Origin: Fidelibacterota bacterium
GTDB taxonomy: Bacteria > Fidelibacterota > Marinisomatia > Marinisomatales > JABMOV01
Direction: 5' to 3'
DNA: 57,878 nt
Assembly (NCBI GenBank): GCA_046861395.1
Contig: JBHHUC010000008.1
Span: 1-57,878 of the forward strand
Part shown: in pieces, positions 56,255 to 57,878 of the stretch
Position numbering within the stretch: position 1 is the first letter of the stretch
Layout: each line of letters opens with the position of its first letter
Made by a program: the position numbers and the translations under genes
The notes under the pieces: generated by a model
What the model was told of the DNA's origin: nothing
Database searches by the model: none
The model's input: the letters and a program-made list of their open reading frames with translations, nothing else

Positions 56255-57398
56255 TTATCCTGATTGTGCCGTATTTATTTCCGGATTCGGATAGTGGATA
56301 AACTGTACCAGTGTCAGAGACAAAACGGACAGGATGGCGCCCCCCCAAAACGGAATGCGATAATCAATCAGCCACAGCAGTCCGCCAAGGGCCGGGATCA
56401 CGACGGCCGCGATGTGGTTGATGGTAAAACCAACCGCCATGGTAGGGGCGGTATCCGCCGGTTCCCCGATTTTCTGAAAATATGTGCGGATTCCGATGGC
56501 AAAATTGAAAAAGATGTGATCCAGAATGTAGAGGACCGGCACCAAGAGGCGGGATGTAACTACGGTATAGGCCAGAAATACAAAAACCAGGCTGAAATAT
56601 TCCAGTGATAATACTTTGCGTTCTCCGAACCGTATGATGGCTTTTCCGATTAAAGGCATCAGAAAATAGTTCAGTGCATTGTTTAACATGAACAGAAAAG
56701 TTGAATCGTTTTACGAGAAGAAAAATGGCGAAAGCGACAAAAACCTGACACCGGGCTCCGGCGAGAAAGGTAAGTACGTAATACAGCCAGTATTTTCTAT
56801 TAAAGATAAATCGTTTATGCTGTGGTGGCTCGTCATGACGGGTCGGATTTTGCAGAAAAGCCCAGAGGCCAACAGTTATAATCAAAATCCCCACGGATAC
56901 AAACAGGGTTTGAAAACTCAGCCAGGGAGCCAGGAGAAAAATTCCGGCTCCAACCAGAATATTTGTCAGGGCGGAATAGCTCCGCAATTTTCCAATAACC
57001 CAGGGCGTGGTTTATTTGTCAAAATACTGGAGTGAAAGAGAATTATGAGTTGTTTCGTAATAATGAAAACCGAAACTCATGACCAGGGTTGTAAAGAGCA
57101 AGCCGGTATAGGTTGGAAATAATCCGGTCAATCCCACTCCCAGTCCCAGAAAAACAATGGACATTGCGGACAACCTGTGTTCTTTGATTATCAGGAGAAT
57201 ATATACAACCAGCAGGGCCGGGAAGCAGGGAATTTCCCTCACCGATTGAATCATTCCGATATGATTTCCTTGTAAATGGGCGATTTCCACGGCAAAATTA
57301 TTGAAGAGAGTTCGCCAGGTCTGAAGCCCCACCGCCGAAGCTACGGACATCAACAGCAGGAACCGGAACATGGGGGAACGAGTCACAGATGCATTCAT
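56255..57398 (-). pseudogene. MFS transporter pseudogene (nonsense codon plus frameshift)
   Basis: Three ORF pieces join into one MFS-like protein. There is an in-frame TAA at 57012-57014 (QYFDK*TTPWVIGKLRS) and a frame change at about 56690 (FNFSV / MLNNALNYF). Confidence 0.88.
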
Positions 57399-57878
57399 GT
57401 ATGTAATATCCAGCGGTTATGGAGGAAAAGGGCTGGAATTTAGGGCGAAGTAAAACAAAAAATAAATCGGGTCATGCCAGACTATCGGGTAAAACTTTCT
57501 TGAATACGTTAAATTTTATGTTCATTTCATTTGAACTGTGTCAGAGTCTTTTATAAGCAAATGTTTATACCTACCGATGACGACTTCAGATATTTTCCAA
57601 AATCACGTGCTTTTTGTTTGCTGGAAATAGTGTCGAATGTTTTTGCGGCCAGAGGCGAGAGCAATGCCTTGGACACCTAAAGTTGTTCCCGGTTTTGGGT
57701 CGAATGAATAACATATATGTATAAACCAATAGAGTTCACTGCAATGTTGTATGTGGTGTGTTGTCCGGCTTTTTTTCCGTTGGAGCACAGGTGCGGTCAA
57801 TATCGCAGTCCCGGTGAAATCGTGTGGAGGCGGGGAGTCCGCCAGGGGCGGATAAAAGTCGAACTTTACACGCCTAAG

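Noticed and set aside
57012..57014. Programmed stop read-through or recoding in the MFS gene
   Set aside because: The stop is TAA and an independent frameshift lies downstream, so decay is the simpler explanation.
57603..57800. 65-aa minus-strand ORF
   Set aside because: TTG start, no convincing SD and no recognisable motif.

Overview
This is a bacterial chromosomal window, probably from a non-Bacteroidetes FCB-group lineage such as Marinimicrobia. That placement is inferred from the 'QNYPNPFNP...KMxxxK/R' C-terminal sorting domains and the gene content. In order it holds: (1) a 5'-truncated giant (>5000 aa) secreted surface protein with FG-GAP, Fn3, seven beta-helix modules, invasin-type Ig repeats and a FlgD-Ig/T9SS-like CTD, followed by a secreted FecR-domain protein and a CHASE2 adenylate cyclase; (2) a motif-degenerate DNA methyltransferase homologue heading a yqeY-cvpA-dnaG-PEGA-hypothetical operon; (3) a TonB-dependent receptor and a deoxynucleoside kinase on the minus strand; (4) an SOS mutagenesis cassette lexA - small ORF - inactive Y-family polymerase (ImuB-like) - dnaE2 - SRAP, with no imuA and a candidate novel LexA operator; (5) gpmA, trmL and a small orphan; (6) a ~19 kb alpha-glucan/glycogen locus (GH57, glgP, GH13, glgA, glgC, Na+/solute symporter, three further GH13 enzymes) interrupted by an orphan pilin-like gene; (7) a REC-degenerate GGDEF-EAL regulator and an MFS pseudogene. 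I saw no rRNA, tRNA, CRISPR array or transposase. All calls come from reading motifs by eye; no searches were run.
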